DNA of 64,000 nt from an uncultured Halanaerobiaceae bacterium (GCA_964436625.1 CAYTDP010000003.1:49-64048); one strand, 5' to 3'. Numbered from the stretch's first letter, positions 10,128 to 22,532 are shown. Made by a program: numbers and translations. Notes: generated by a model from the letters alone, not told the origin.

Positions 10128-12017
10128 TTATCTGCTTTCACCGTTTTCATCGTCCTCCTCGGGCAGCTCGTCGTCCTCAACCTCCCGGGAATTGTCATCT
10201 GAAATTGTAAAGTCTATATGCAGCTCTCCTTCTAATACATAGTCGGTGGATTCAACCTCTCTGATCCGCTCTTCTTCGTCCACCTCTTCTGGAGTTATCT
10301 CTTCCGGTTCGGGTTCCTCTTCCGGCTCCTCGTCTTCATCGGGATCAGGTCTTTCTTCCGGGTCAGGTTCTTCTTCGACCTCTTCTTCTTCCTCCCAGTG
10401 AGGAATGCCGGGATAACCGGGATAAACCTCCATAACCAGGTCATTGTACTGAGGAAGTTCGACAAATTCTAAAAGCATAGGCTCCAGATCCGTGAACCCC
10501 TCAACAGAAGCCGAAAGATCTTCATCATCAAATTCATCGGTGCCGACCGGTCCGTAATCGCGGGTGGGGCCACCGCTGAGAGATAAACTGGCAGGACCGG
10601 GGTTTATGTCATCGGGCAGTTCTATGGTATATTCCAGCTCTTTCTTTTCCTGACGATAGGGGCGCAGCATGATGCTGATGTCCAGTTCATCACCGGGTTT
10701 GATCTCAGCTTCCTCCTCTTTTATCTCGGCCTCCTGCAGCAGTGCTACCTGATCCTCTTCTCTTACGGTCACAGAGTACTCGATGTCAAATAAACCGGCA
10801 TCCTGGAAAGGATTGTTGCTGATTATATCCATAATGACCTGCAGATCTTCCAGGCTGCGGGCAGCTATATCCTGCTGACTGTAGAACATGTTGTCCCGAC
10901 GCAGTACCACCTCCTGCAGTTCGTTGGCCATGACCCGAACGGTAGTTTCAGCTGTTCCTCGACCGATGCGGTCCAGTGTGCTGTCGAGAGTTTCCAGCGA
11001 AATCAATCCCGGCAGGCTCATAAGCAGATCTTCATCATCTATAATCTGCACATCTATACTGTCTGTAACTTCTCTATCCTCATCTTCGACCTCGATATTT
11101 AGAGGGATAATGTCGGGATAATGGTCGATGCCGCCGCTGATTCCAGCCAGTCTATCCTGTTCGATTCTCCCTATCGGCTGGGGGAGTGGCGAACCGAGCT
11201 TGAAAGGCATATCGCCCGGTATGATCGAACTTATATGGGCCTGTCCCAGAAAGAAATCCACATTACCCCTGTGGGTGAAGGGATGTCCCATGGCCAGAAT
11301 TTCATCATCCTGACGATAGGTCATGGTGCCGATGCTGGCGATAGTCACATCTCCGCGGGCCAGCTTGACCGAGATGGCGCTGCCTGGTTCCAGCTCGGGA
11401 TACTCATCGGGTTCCATGCGTGGTTCATCAGATCCAGGTACAACTTCAAAATTGGTCATAAAAAACTCATCCAGTTCGGTCTCCAGCCTTTCCTGGCTGC
11501 GGCCGGATAATCCTGCGGTGATAAGAGGGGTTTTGATCTCGGGCAGCTCTTCCATTCCGGTTCCCGGATCTGTTTCCTCCTCGGCCAGAAGCTCCAGCAT
11601 AGGCTCGATAGGAGTGGCCAGAGCATAGCGGCTATCTGACTCAGCCCAGCCGTAAGATATAGCTCCCATAATTCTGTCATCGACATAAAGAGGACTACCG
11701 CTCATCCCGGAGGCGACACCGCCGGCTTCTTCTATATTTTCGCCGGAAAGATAGACCAGGATAAGATCCTGCCCCTGCTGATAATCCGGCAGAACATCAA
11801 CCACCTCAAAATCAAACTCATCAACTTCCACGCCGGAAAAAACGGTAAGACCAGTTCCATCCATGCCCGGCTCGATATCATTCAGAGGCATTATTTCTTC
11901 TTCCGGAATAATCTCATCGGCCTGAGTGGAATTTGCTGCGATAAAACCGGTCAGCAATATCAATCCTGTAATCAACAGAATAAAGGTTATGCGATAACTC
12001 AATTTTTTTTCGCTCAA
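10128..12017 (-). CDS. SpoIVB/peptidase S55-like secreted serine protease with acidic tail
   Basis: N-terminal TM/signal, GGVASGMSGSP serine motif, SIGTMTY...LAMGHPF histidine motif, E/P/D low-complexity C-terminus; first gene of the OM cluster. Confidence 0.8.
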   Translation of the reverse strand: MSEKKLSYRITFILLITGLILLTGFIAANSTQADEIIPEEEIMPLNDIEPGMDGTGLTVFSGVEVDEFDFEVVDVLPDYQQGQDLILVYLSGENIEEAGGVASGMSGSPLYVDDRIMGAISYGWAESDSRYALATPIEPMLELLAEEETDPGTGMEELPEIKTPLITAGLSGRSQERLETELDEFFMTNFEVVPGSDEPRMEPDEYPELEPGSAISVKLARGDVTIASIGTMTYRQDDEILAMGHPFTHRGNVDFFLGQAHISSIIPGDMPFKLGSPLPQPIGRIEQDRLAGISGGIDHYPDIIPLNIEVEDEDREVTDSIDVQIIDDEDLLMSLPGLISLETLDSTLDRIGRGTAETTVRVMANELQEVVLRRDNMFYSQQDIAARSLEDLQVIMDIISNNPFQDAGLFDIEYSVTVREEDQVALLQEAEIKEEEAEIKPGDELDISIMLRPYRQEKKELEYTIELPDDINPGPASLSLSGGPTRDYGPVGTDEFDDEDLSASVEGFTDLEPMLLEFVELPQYNDLVMEVYPGYPGIPHWEEEEEVEEEPDPEERPDPDEDEEPEEEPEPEEITPEEVDEEERIREVESTDYVLEGELHIDFTISDDNSREVEDDELPEEDDENGESR

Positions 12018-12050
12018 AAATATCCAACCTCATTTCTTGTTAATGACAAA

Positions 12051-13094
12051 TTATTGCTGGTAAGATTTTTTCTCCTTCTCAAAAATTATATCCTGGAGCT
12101 CGTCCATCTCCTCCAGGGCCTGACCTGTCCCCCGGGCCACACAGGTCAGAGGGTCCTCAGCCCGGCAGACCGGCACTCCTGTTTCTTCAGAAAGAAGCTT
12201 TTCCATATTGTCGAGCAGCGAGCCTCCACCGGTCATCAGAACACCGCGATCCATGATATCTGAAGAAAGTTCCGGGGGAGTCCGCTCGAGAACGCTGCGA
12301 ACTGCCTCGACTATAGATTCTATCGTCTCGGCCATGGCCTTCTGAAGCTCAGCAGCTCTGATCTTCTGATTTCGGGGAAGGCCTGACATGAGGTCTCGCC
12401 CTCTGATTTCGTAAGTTTTCTCCTCTTCATCCTCTTCGATCAAAGCGCTGCCGATCTCGAATTTCAGCTCTTCAGCAGTGGAAGTACCGATAACCATGTT
12501 ATAGTTTTCGCGAACAAAACGCACTATATCTTCATCCAGAGTGTCTCCTCCCAGCCTGAGCGACTCGCTTACAACGATGCCGCCCAGTGAAATGACTGCA
12601 ATCTCGGAAGTTCCTCCTCCAATATCTATGATCATGCTGCCGCTCGGTTCAGCCACGGGCAGACCTGCGCCGATAGCCGCCGCCAGCGCCTCTTCGATTA
12701 GATAGGTCTTGCTGGCACCTACCTGGCTGGTAGCTTCTTCCACCGCCCGGCGCTCAACTTCGGTTATTCCCACCGGAATGCAGACCATTATCTCCGGTTT
12801 GAAGAAAGGGCGCCTTTTGGTGACTTTAGAAATAAAGCGCTTTAACATTATCTCCGTCACCTCAAAATCAGCTATAACACCGTTTTTCAGAGGTCGGGTA
12901 GAAACTATATTGCCGGGGGTCCGGCCCAGCATGCGCCGGGCTTCCTCGCCAACAGCCAGCGGCTTATTCTTGTTCTCATCGATGGCTACCACCGAGGGTT
13001 CCTGCAGAACTATGCCCTCTCCTTTTTTATACACTAACACGTTGGCGGTGCCGAGATCTATTCCAACTTTTGATGAAAAATTAAGACCAAACAT
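12051..13094 (-). CDS. mreB: Rod shape-determining protein, MreB/Mbl family (Mbl by synteny with murA)
   Basis: GIDLGTAN, IDIGGGTSE and MTGGGSLL actin-fold motifs. Confidence 0.95.
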   Translation of the reverse strand: MFGLNFSSKVGIDLGTANVLVYKKGEGIVLQEPSVVAIDENKNKPLAVGEEARRMLGRTPGNIVSTRPLKNGVIADFEVTEIMLKRFISKVTKRRPFFKPEIMVCIPVGITEVERRAVEEATSQVGASKTYLIEEALAAAIGAGLPVAEPSGSMIIDIGGGTSEIAVISLGGIVVSESLRLGGDTLDEDIVRFVRENYNMVIGTSTAEELKFEIGSALIEEDEEEKTYEIRGRDLMSGLPRNQKIRAAELQKAMAETIESIVEAVRSVLERTPPELSSDIMDRGVLMTGGGSLLDNMEKLLSEETGVPVCRAEDPLTCVARGTGQALEEMDELQDIIFEKEKKSYQQ

Positions 13095-13112
13095 ACTCAG
13101 CTATTTTCCTCC

Positions 13113-14390
13113 TCATGCGGTAGTAACCTGGTTTTTTCGGTCCCGGACCTGCTTTATTCTGCCGCCCAGCCCGGAAATCTTTTCAATTATATTCTCGTAG
13201 CCGCGGCGGATATGATCGACCTCATCGATTATTGTCTCGCCTTCAGCGATCAGACCGGCCAGCATTAAAGCTGCCCCGGCTCTGAGATCGGGAGCTGTCA
13301 CTTCAGCGCCTTTCAGGCTGCTGGGATTTATCAGAGCAGAATTATCATCGAGCTGTATACTGGCCCCCATTTTATTCAATTCCTCGATGTGAGAAAATCT
13401 ATCCTCCCAGACCGTTTCGGTCACAACACTGCTGCTCTCAGCCTGAGTTAAAAGCACCATCATCTGCGCCTGAAGATCGGTGGGGAAACCGGGATAGGGA
13501 AATGTCTTTACATCGACTGATCTCAACTTTTTCGGGCTGGCTACACGCACTCCGGAAATATCCTGTTCCAGCTCGACACCCATCTCCCTGAGTTTGGCCA
13601 GAAGAGGCTTTAGATGTTCGTCGAGCACATTCTCGACAAATACATCTTCCCCGGCCAGGGCCCCGGCAATAATATAGGTGCCCGCCTCGATGCGGTCGGG
13701 GATTATCTCGTGTTCAACCCCCTGCATCTCATCCACACCTTCAATCCTGATGACGTCTGTTCCCACACCTTTAATCTCTGCCCCCATCACGGTCAAAAAG
13801 TTGGCCAGATCGACAATCTCAGGCTCCCGGGCGGCGTTCTCTATAGTGGTTTTACCTTCAGCCCGGGAGGCGGCCAGCATGATATTGATGGTGGCTCCCA
13901 CACTGGGATAATCGAGATAAATATCTCCTCCGGTCAGGCCGTTTTCAGTCCATACTTCTACGCAGCCCTCCTCGATGCTGACCTCAGCCCCCAGAGCTTT
14001 GAACCCTTTCAGATGAAGGTCTATAGGCCTGCTGCCTATGCGGCAGCCGCCCGGCAGACTGGTACAGGCTCTGCCCTCTCTGGCCAGCATGACACCCAGT
14101 ATGTAATATGAAGCTCTCAGCTGACTTGCCAGTTCAGGATCAGCCTCAAAGCAATCAAGAGTACGGGGATCGATCGTCATACTGCTCTCTTTATACTCTA
14201 CCTCCGCTCCCATGCACTCGACTATTCTGGCTAAATTTTTCACATCGTTGAGTGCAGGTATTTCTTTTAAGCGGCAGGGAGAATCGGGAAGCAAAGCGGC
14301 TGCTATTATGGGCAAAGCCGCGTTTTTAGCACCACTTATCCTCACCCTGCCCGAAAGGGAAGGACTCCGCTCTATATGAAATTTATCCAC
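13113..14390 (-). CDS. murA: UDP-N-acetylglucosamine 1-carboxyvinyltransferase
   Basis: GAKNAALP, LRASYY, PGGCRIGSRPIDLH (catalytic Cys), PDRIEAGT, FPTDLQ; likely GTG start at 14390 after GGAG. Confidence 0.97.
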   Translation of the reverse strand: MDKFHIERSPSLSGRVRISGAKNAALPIIAAALLPDSPCRLKEIPALNDVKNLARIVECMGAEVEYKESSMTIDPRTLDCFEADPELASQLRASYYILGVMLAREGRACTSLPGGCRIGSRPIDLHLKGFKALGAEVSIEEGCVEVWTENGLTGGDIYLDYPSVGATINIMLAASRAEGKTTIENAAREPEIVDLANFLTVMGAEIKGVGTDVIRIEGVDEMQGVEHEIIPDRIEAGTYIIAGALAGEDVFVENVLDEHLKPLLAKLREMGVELEQDISGVRVASPKKLRSVDVKTFPYPGFPTDLQAQMMVLLTQAESSSVVTETVWEDRFSHIEELNKMGASIQLDDNSALINPSSLKGAEVTAPDLRAGAALMLAGLIAEGETIIDEVDHIRRGYENIIEKISGLGGRIKQVRDRKNQVTTA

Positions 14391-14523
14391 CGGAAATTCT
14401 CCTTTCTCTGCTTTTATAAGTTTCAAATTTTTACATTCTTGCAATCTGGCTCTTCAGTATCAAAAATAGACTCCGAAAAACAACCTCAAAGGAGGTCAAA
14501 ATAGTCATCGCTATTAAAATTTA

Positions 14524-14548
14524 ATTCTCGACTCGGGACTGAATTCCT
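14524..14548 (-). promoter_or_regulatory. Putative sigma-H-type promoter upstream of murA
   Basis: Minus strand AGGAATT-N14-GAAT matches the B. subtilis sigma-H consensus. Confidence 0.55.
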
Positions 14549-14558
14549 CTCTCATAAT

Positions 14559-14590
14559 TAGATCTATTTGGCCGTAGATCTATTTGGCCG
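14559..14590. repeat. Perfect 16-bp tandem duplication (tagatctatttggccg x2)
   Basis: Read directly: 14559-14574 is identical to 14575-14590. Confidence 0.9.
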
Positions 14591-14745
14591 CGAACCGAAG
14601 CTTTTTACACACTTGAAGAACATTATACCACAGACGGAAGGGTTTTTTCATCCTCGATAGCCGATAGGTACAAAATTAGCATTAAAAGCAGCGGGAAAAT
14701 AAAAGAAAAAAGTGAAAGGGAATTATTGCTGATTGGTGAAAAAGG

Positions 14746-14786
14746 TTCTTCTTGTTATCAGTTGATAGATATCGTATAAGATCACT
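14746..14786. repeat. 41-bp dispersed repeat, copy 1
   Basis: ttcttcttgttatcagttgatagatatcgtataagatcact; 40/41 identical to 45608-45648, same orientation. Confidence 0.9.
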
Positions 14787-14911
14787 ATCATGATGATAAT
14801 GGCTGGAAGATATAAAGCGAAGTGATACTCGAAATTATTTAAAGTTCGTGCCAGTTCCCTGGTCGAAAACTAAACTTAAAAAAAAAGAAAAAATTTCAGG
14901 AAGGCAAATAG

Positions 14912-14951
14912 AAAAAATGAAGCAACCCCCCGATAGAACGGGGGGATTGTT
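14912..14951 (-). terminator. Probable intrinsic terminator of the atp operon
   Basis: GC hairpin CCCCCCG-TTCTAT-CGGGGGG with a nearby T-run on the minus strand, just downstream of atpC. Confidence 0.7.
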
Positions 14952-14996
14952 AAAAAAGCCCGTTTTACATCTGCAGTCCACACGAATTCAAATCTA

Positions 14997-15428
14997 TTAT
15001 TCTTCTGAATAGCTCATAGCTCTCTGTCTGTCTTCTGCAGCTCTCAATCTAGCTTTAGCTCTTTCCAGGGCAGCCTCAGCTCTCGCCTCATCAATACGGC
15101 TTTTTTCTTCGCGCAGACGCCTCTGAGCCCGCTCTTTAGCACGCCGGGCTCTTTCCACATCTATCTCTTTGGGGAGTTCGGCCGTGCGAACTATAACGTT
15201 TATCTTCTCTGACTTGACTTCCATAAAGCCATCGCTTATGGGAACAGGTATCTCTTCTTCGCCCGTCTTTATCTCCATAACACCTGTCTCCAGAGCTGTA
15301 ACCATCGGCGTGTGACCTGCCATGACGCCGATATCTCCGTCGATGGCCCGGGCGATCAGCATCTCGATGTCATCGTCAAAGACAACCCGCTCAGGGGTGA
15401 TAACCTCAAGTCTGATTTTGGCAGGCAT
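14997..15428 (-). CDS. atpC: F1Fo ATP synthase epsilon subunit
   Basis: [25 protein letters not shown]; last gene of the atp operon. Confidence 0.96.
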   Translation of the reverse strand: MPAKIRLEVITPERVVFDDDIEMLIARAIDGDIGVMAGHTPMVTALETGVMEIKTGEEEIPVPISDGFMEVKSEKINVIVRTAELPKEIDVERARRAKERAQRRLREEKSRIDEARAEAALERAKARLRAAEDRQRAMSYSEE

Positions 15429-15434
15429 TATCTA

Positions 15435-16880
<1,446 letters not shown>

Positions 16881-16895
16881 TCAGCTTAAATTTTA

Positions 16896-17801
16896 TCACT
16901 GCAGGGCCTCAGCACCGCTGACTATCTCGGTGATCTCTTTGGTTATCTGTTCCTGACGGGCCCTGTTGTAAGATAGAGTCAGTTCTTCGATCATCTCTTC
17001 TGCGTTTTCAGTAGCATTGTCCATGGCTGTCATCCGTGAACCAAATTCGCTGGCTTTAGACTCGAGTATAGCCGAATAGAGAACATTGTTGAGATACTGC
17101 GGTAAAATGGTGTCCAGAACTTCGGGAATTGTCGGCTCATAAAGATAGCTGGCTCCGCTTTTCTCCTCCGGCCTTTCCTGCTCTTGCTCGATCAACTCTT
17201 CTTCCTCCGCCACCCTTGCCTCTTCTTTTTCGGTCGGTATATCGGCGGGCAGCAGCGAGATATCACGTACACTCTGGCTCAAAGCTGATTCAAAATGAGT
17301 GTAGATCAGATGCACCCTGTCGATATTTTCGCTCAAATACAGATCTATCACCCGGTCGGTAAGACGGCGGGCAAACCAAAAACTGGGATAATCGTCAAGA
17401 TCGACATAATCGGCTGCTATCTCGTACTCCTGGCGCTGAAAAGTGCGATAGCCTGTACGCCCCAGAACCACCAGCTGATCTTCGCTGCTGGCTAAAGCTT
17501 TAAACCGTCTGATAACTTTAGTATTATAGGAACCGCAAAGGCCGCGATCCGAGGTCACCAGGATGTAAAGCTCACTATCACCTTCCGTGGGCTCTAACAG
17601 CGGATGCTCGGCATTCTCATCGGTATTATGGACTATATCGACCAGAACTTCTCTGGTACGATTGAAAAAAGGCCGAGATTGTACGGCCTTTTCCTGGGCC
17701 CGCCTCAATTTGGCCGACGCGACCATCTTCATCGCCCGGGTAATCTGCTTTGTATTTTCAACAGTATCTATGCGCCTTTCGATATCGTGCATCGTTTCCA
17801 T
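16896..17801 (-). CDS. atpG: F1Fo ATP synthase gamma subunit
   Basis: ITRAMKMV, SDRGLCGSYN, YNRARQEQITKEITEIVSGA. Confidence 0.97.
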   Translation of the reverse strand: METMHDIERRIDTVENTKQITRAMKMVASAKLRRAQEKAVQSRPFFNRTREVLVDIVHNTDENAEHPLLEPTEGDSELYILVTSDRGLCGSYNTKVIRRFKALASSEDQLVVLGRTGYRTFQRQEYEIAADYVDLDDYPSFWFARRLTDRVIDLYLSENIDRVHLIYTHFESALSQSVRDISLLPADIPTEKEEARVAEEEELIEQEQERPEEKSGASYLYEPTIPEVLDTILPQYLNNVLYSAILESKASEFGSRMTAMDNATENAEEMIEELTLSYNRARQEQITKEITEIVSGAEALQ

Positions 17802-17861
17802 GGGTTAAACCACCTCTCATAAACTCTGTGACTGTCCGCCGCTTTCAGGTCTTTATCACCC

Positions 17862-19430
<1,569 letters not shown>

Positions 19431-19994
19431 TCATTCCACCCCTAGTTTGCTTACAGGAATTTGTTCCAGCTGTTTTTGAATTTTCTCCAGCTCGCCCTGG
19501 ATGCTGCCATCTATTATTCTATCGCCAACTTTTATCTGAAATCCGCCGATTATATCTTCGTCAACCTCTGTCTCCAGTTCGATATTGTAACCGGTTATAT
19601 CGGAGAGTCTGGCACGGATTCTGTTCTCCAGCTCCTCGGGCAGCTCTATGGCCGAACTGAGCTCAACCTCCAGTATCTTTTCAGCCTGGTTATGCCTTTT
19701 TTCGAAGTCACGAACGATATGATGAAGAAATCTGATTCTTCTCTTATCGATCAGCAGCTGGCAGAAATCCCTGGTGATATCGCTTATCTCATCACCGACG
19801 ATATCCAGGAAGACCTCTTTTTTCTTTTCATCGTTTATGCGGGGATGATAGAGAAGGTTTTTAAAATCTCTAACCTCGGATATAGTCTCGCGCAGCATCT
19901 TCAGGTCTTCGGCGACCTGTTCCAGCTCGCCTTTATCCTGAGCCAGCTCGAAAACTGCCTGTCCGTATTTGCGGGCTACTTCGTTCTCTATCAT
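19431..19994 (-). CDS. atpH: F1Fo ATP synthase delta subunit
   Basis: VARKYGQAVFELA, IIGGFQIKVGDRIIDGSI. Confidence 0.95.
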   Translation of the reverse strand: MIENEVARKYGQAVFELAQDKGELEQVAEDLKMLRETISEVRDFKNLLYHPRINDEKKKEVFLDIVGDEISDITRDFCQLLIDKRRIRFLHHIVRDFEKRHNQAEKILEVELSSAIELPEELENRIRARLSDITGYNIELETEVDEDIIGGFQIKVGDRIIDGSIQGELEKIQKQLEQIPVSKLGVE

Positions 19995-20491
19995 CCGAGC
20001 TCACCGAGCTGAACTTCATCCAGCTCTTCCAGATAGCTTTCGATTATCTTTTCCTGGTCCTCTCTATCCAGCTCCTGCTGTAAAAACTTGCCTGCTACCT
20101 GCAGCGAGATGCTCGAAACCTCCCGCCGCAGCTCGTCGGCCGCCTCCTGGCGGGCCTGTTCTATCTCGGCCATACGTCTTTCTTTGATGCGGGCAGCTTC
20201 CTCTTCGGCCTCGTTTATGATCTCTTCAGCCCTCTCTTCACCGCGCTCTTCAGCTTCATTTATGATTTTCTGAGCTTTCTGGCGGGCTTCTTTGAGCTCC
20301 TGCTGGCGCTGTTCTTTCAGCTCCTTCGCCTCTTCTTTCTGACGGCGAGCTTCCTCCAGGTCGCTCTCTATCTTGCTCGAGCGCTTATCGAGCATCTCGG
20401 TGACGGGACCGTAGAGGAACTTGCGGAGCAAAAACAGCAGCACAAAAAAGTTTACCAGCTGCCAGATAAAGGTCGTATTCAGATCAATCAA
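19991..20491 (-). CDS. atpF: F1Fo ATP synthase b subunit
   Basis: N-terminal TM WQLVNFFVLLFLL, then charged coiled coil. Confidence 0.95.
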   Translation of the reverse strand: MIDLNTTFIWQLVNFFVLLFLLRKFLYGPVTEMLDKRSSKIESDLEEARRQKEEAKELKEQRQQELKEARQKAQKIINEAEERGEERAEEIINEAEEEAARIKERRMAEIEQARQEAADELRREVSSISLQVAGKFLQQELDREDQEKIIESYLEELDEVQLGELG

Positions 20492-20619
20492 ACCGCGCTC
20501 ACCTCCTGAGATGTATAAGTAACGGCTATTTCTGCGTTCTGCTCTTATATTTCATTACAAAACAAAGTTGCTTCAGTTAATTCCATAAATCAATAAATCA
20601 TTCCGGTTCTCCGGCTGCG

Positions 20620-20666
20620 AAAAAACAGCACTCCGGCCGGAAAAATTTCCGGCCGGGGGGTCGCTG
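20620..20666 (-). terminator. Terminator-like hairpin between atpE and atpF
   Basis: Perfect 11-bp inverted repeat CCGGCCGGAAA/TTTCCGGCCGG, extendable with flanking CAGC/GCTG, followed by TTTTTT on the minus strand. Confidence 0.7.
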
Positions 20667-20673
20667 CTTAAAC

Positions 20674-20943
<270 letters not shown>

Positions 20944-21033
20944 CTACCTCCTTTATAAACTTGCGAATAGTTTGGTGATTTGATTATCTTTTTCTCAACT
21001 CTGACAAATCTGTTTCAATTGGGTTAAATAGTC

Positions 21034-21057
21034 CTCAACCTTGTTCTCAACCTTGTT
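21034..21057. repeat. Perfect 12-bp tandem repeat (ctcaaccttgtt x2) in the atpB-atpE spacer
   Basis: Read directly: 21034-21045 is identical to 21046-21057. Confidence 0.85.
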
Positions 21058-21096
21058 TAATTATTATCAGACTCAAAAGTTAGAACTGAAAATCGA

Positions 21097-21759
21097 TCAG
21101 GCCCGAGCCACAGCTATATAAGCTATAGCTATCATTCCGAATATAAGCGCCTGAACTGCACCAACAAAAAGGTCGAACCAGGCATGCAGCGGCACGGGTA
21201 AAACCCAGGGAGCAGCCTGGTAGATGAGCATGACTATGATACCGCCTCCCACCATGTTACCGAAAAGACGAAATGAGTGGGAGATAGGCTTGGCCATCTC
21301 AGAGACCACGTTGAGCGGAAAGAGTATGACAGTCGGCTGGGCAAAACTCTTTATATAACCCAGAGGCCCTTTTACCTTCATGCCCTCATAATGGCTTATC
21401 ACAAAGACTAATAATCCCAGTGACAGCGTTGTATTCAAATCGGCTGTGGGATTATCTACCGCAGGTATAAATCCAACCAGATTGGAAAGACCAATATAAA
21501 TAAATATAGTGCCTATCAGCGGCAGCATGCGGCGTCCATGTCCCGGCATCATTGGTTCTATCTGCCCTAATATTAACTCCACTATAGCCTCTCCCAGATT
21601 CTGCAGGCCGGTCGGCACCATCTTCATCTCTCTGGTGGCCATACGGGCCCCAACTATTATAACTATACAGACCGCCCAGCTCCAGGCAAGGGTGTGAGTT
21701 ATGGGCAATGCTTCATGACCGAATAGGTGGGTGACCACCTGTGGACCAGGATCCATCAA
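21097..21759 (-). CDS. atpB: F1Fo ATP synthase a subunit
   Basis: PTADLN, SHSFRLFGNM (conserved Arg), VQALIF. Confidence 0.96.
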   Translation of the reverse strand: MMDPGPQVVTHLFGHEALPITHTLAWSWAVCIVIIVGARMATREMKMVPTGLQNLGEAIVELILGQIEPMMPGHGRRMLPLIGTIFIYIGLSNLVGFIPAVDNPTADLNTTLSLGLLVFVISHYEGMKVKGPLGYIKSFAQPTVILFPLNVVSEMAKPISHSFRLFGNMVGGGIIVMLIYQAAPWVLPVPLHAWFDLFVGAVQALIFGMIAIAYIAVARA

Positions 21760-21775
21760 AAAACCTCCTTTCCTG

Positions 21776-22315
21776 CTAGAGATTCTTCAGCTTGTGCGGC
21801 AGGCCTTCCTGCTGTGAATCTCCAACCTCGCTGTCAGCTATACTCTCTTTTAAATATTCCTCTTCCAGTTCATGTCGCCTCAGAGTACCTGGCGGCGATA
21901 TCCTGAAGTTTTCCCGTTTTTCCTGAATAAATGAACGGATCATCTCCATAACTGCTGAGAATATTATGGTGAATTTCAGCAGCAGCAGCCCCAGCGCCGC
22001 GGCCAGAAGATCCAGGTTCGGCTGCCAGGCAGCTGCGGCAAGCACTACAAAAAATATAAAATAATTGATTATCATTCTATTGCGGATAAACCTGCGGGCA
22101 GCTTCCTTATCCATCTCCAGAGCCCGCCGGCTGTGTGTGAGCTTGAGCCTGAAGAGCAGCAGGGCTACACTGAGGCCGAATATCAAACCCAAAACCGCCT
22201 CCAGTCTCCCTGAAATAACAGCTGCTCCAATCATCCAGAACCCGGCAAAAAGCGTTCTTTTTGTTAATGCTTTAACAACCTCTGCCGGAGATCGGGTAAA
22301 AATATTTCTATTCAT
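21776..22315 (-). CDS. atpI: ATP synthase accessory protein I-like, with charged C-terminal extension
   Basis: Four TM segments directly upstream of atpB. Confidence 0.7.
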   Translation of the reverse strand: MNRNIFTRSPAEVVKALTKRTLFAGFWMIGAAVISGRLEAVLGLIFGLSVALLLFRLKLTHSRRALEMDKEAARRFIRNRMIINYFIFFVVLAAAAWQPNLDLLAAALGLLLLKFTIIFSAVMEMIRSFIQEKRENFRISPPGTLRRHELEEEYLKESIADSEVGDSQQEGLPHKLKNL

Positions 22316-22532
22316 CCCCCATCACTCCAGTAATAGTCTGATAAACCCCATAAAAACCGCCCCCAACTCCGATAATCAAGCCGAGAAGGGAAAGCCAGGG
22401 TTCTGAGGAGAGAAGGCCGTCAAAAAATGAGCCTATAAAATATCCCAGCCCGATCGTGACTATCATGATAAGCCCCAGATAACTTAACAGACCGGCGGCT
22501 CTTATAATTCTGGACCAATCATTTTTTTCCAT
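22308..22532 (-). CDS. atpZ: AtpZ/AtpI-family small membrane protein
   Basis: Start re-assigned to ATG 22532 (MEKNDW); two TMs with GYFIGSFFD...PWLSLLGLIIGV; first atp gene. Confidence 0.75.
   Translation of the reverse strand: MEKNDWSRIIRAAGLLSYLGLIMIVTIGLGYFIGSFFDGLLSSEPWLSLLGLIIGVGGGFYGVYQTITGVMGDE

Noticed and set aside
10250-10400. Repetitive ttc/ctc-rich DNA
   Set aside because: Explained by the Glu/Pro/Asp low-complexity coding tail; not a CRISPR or mobile repeat.
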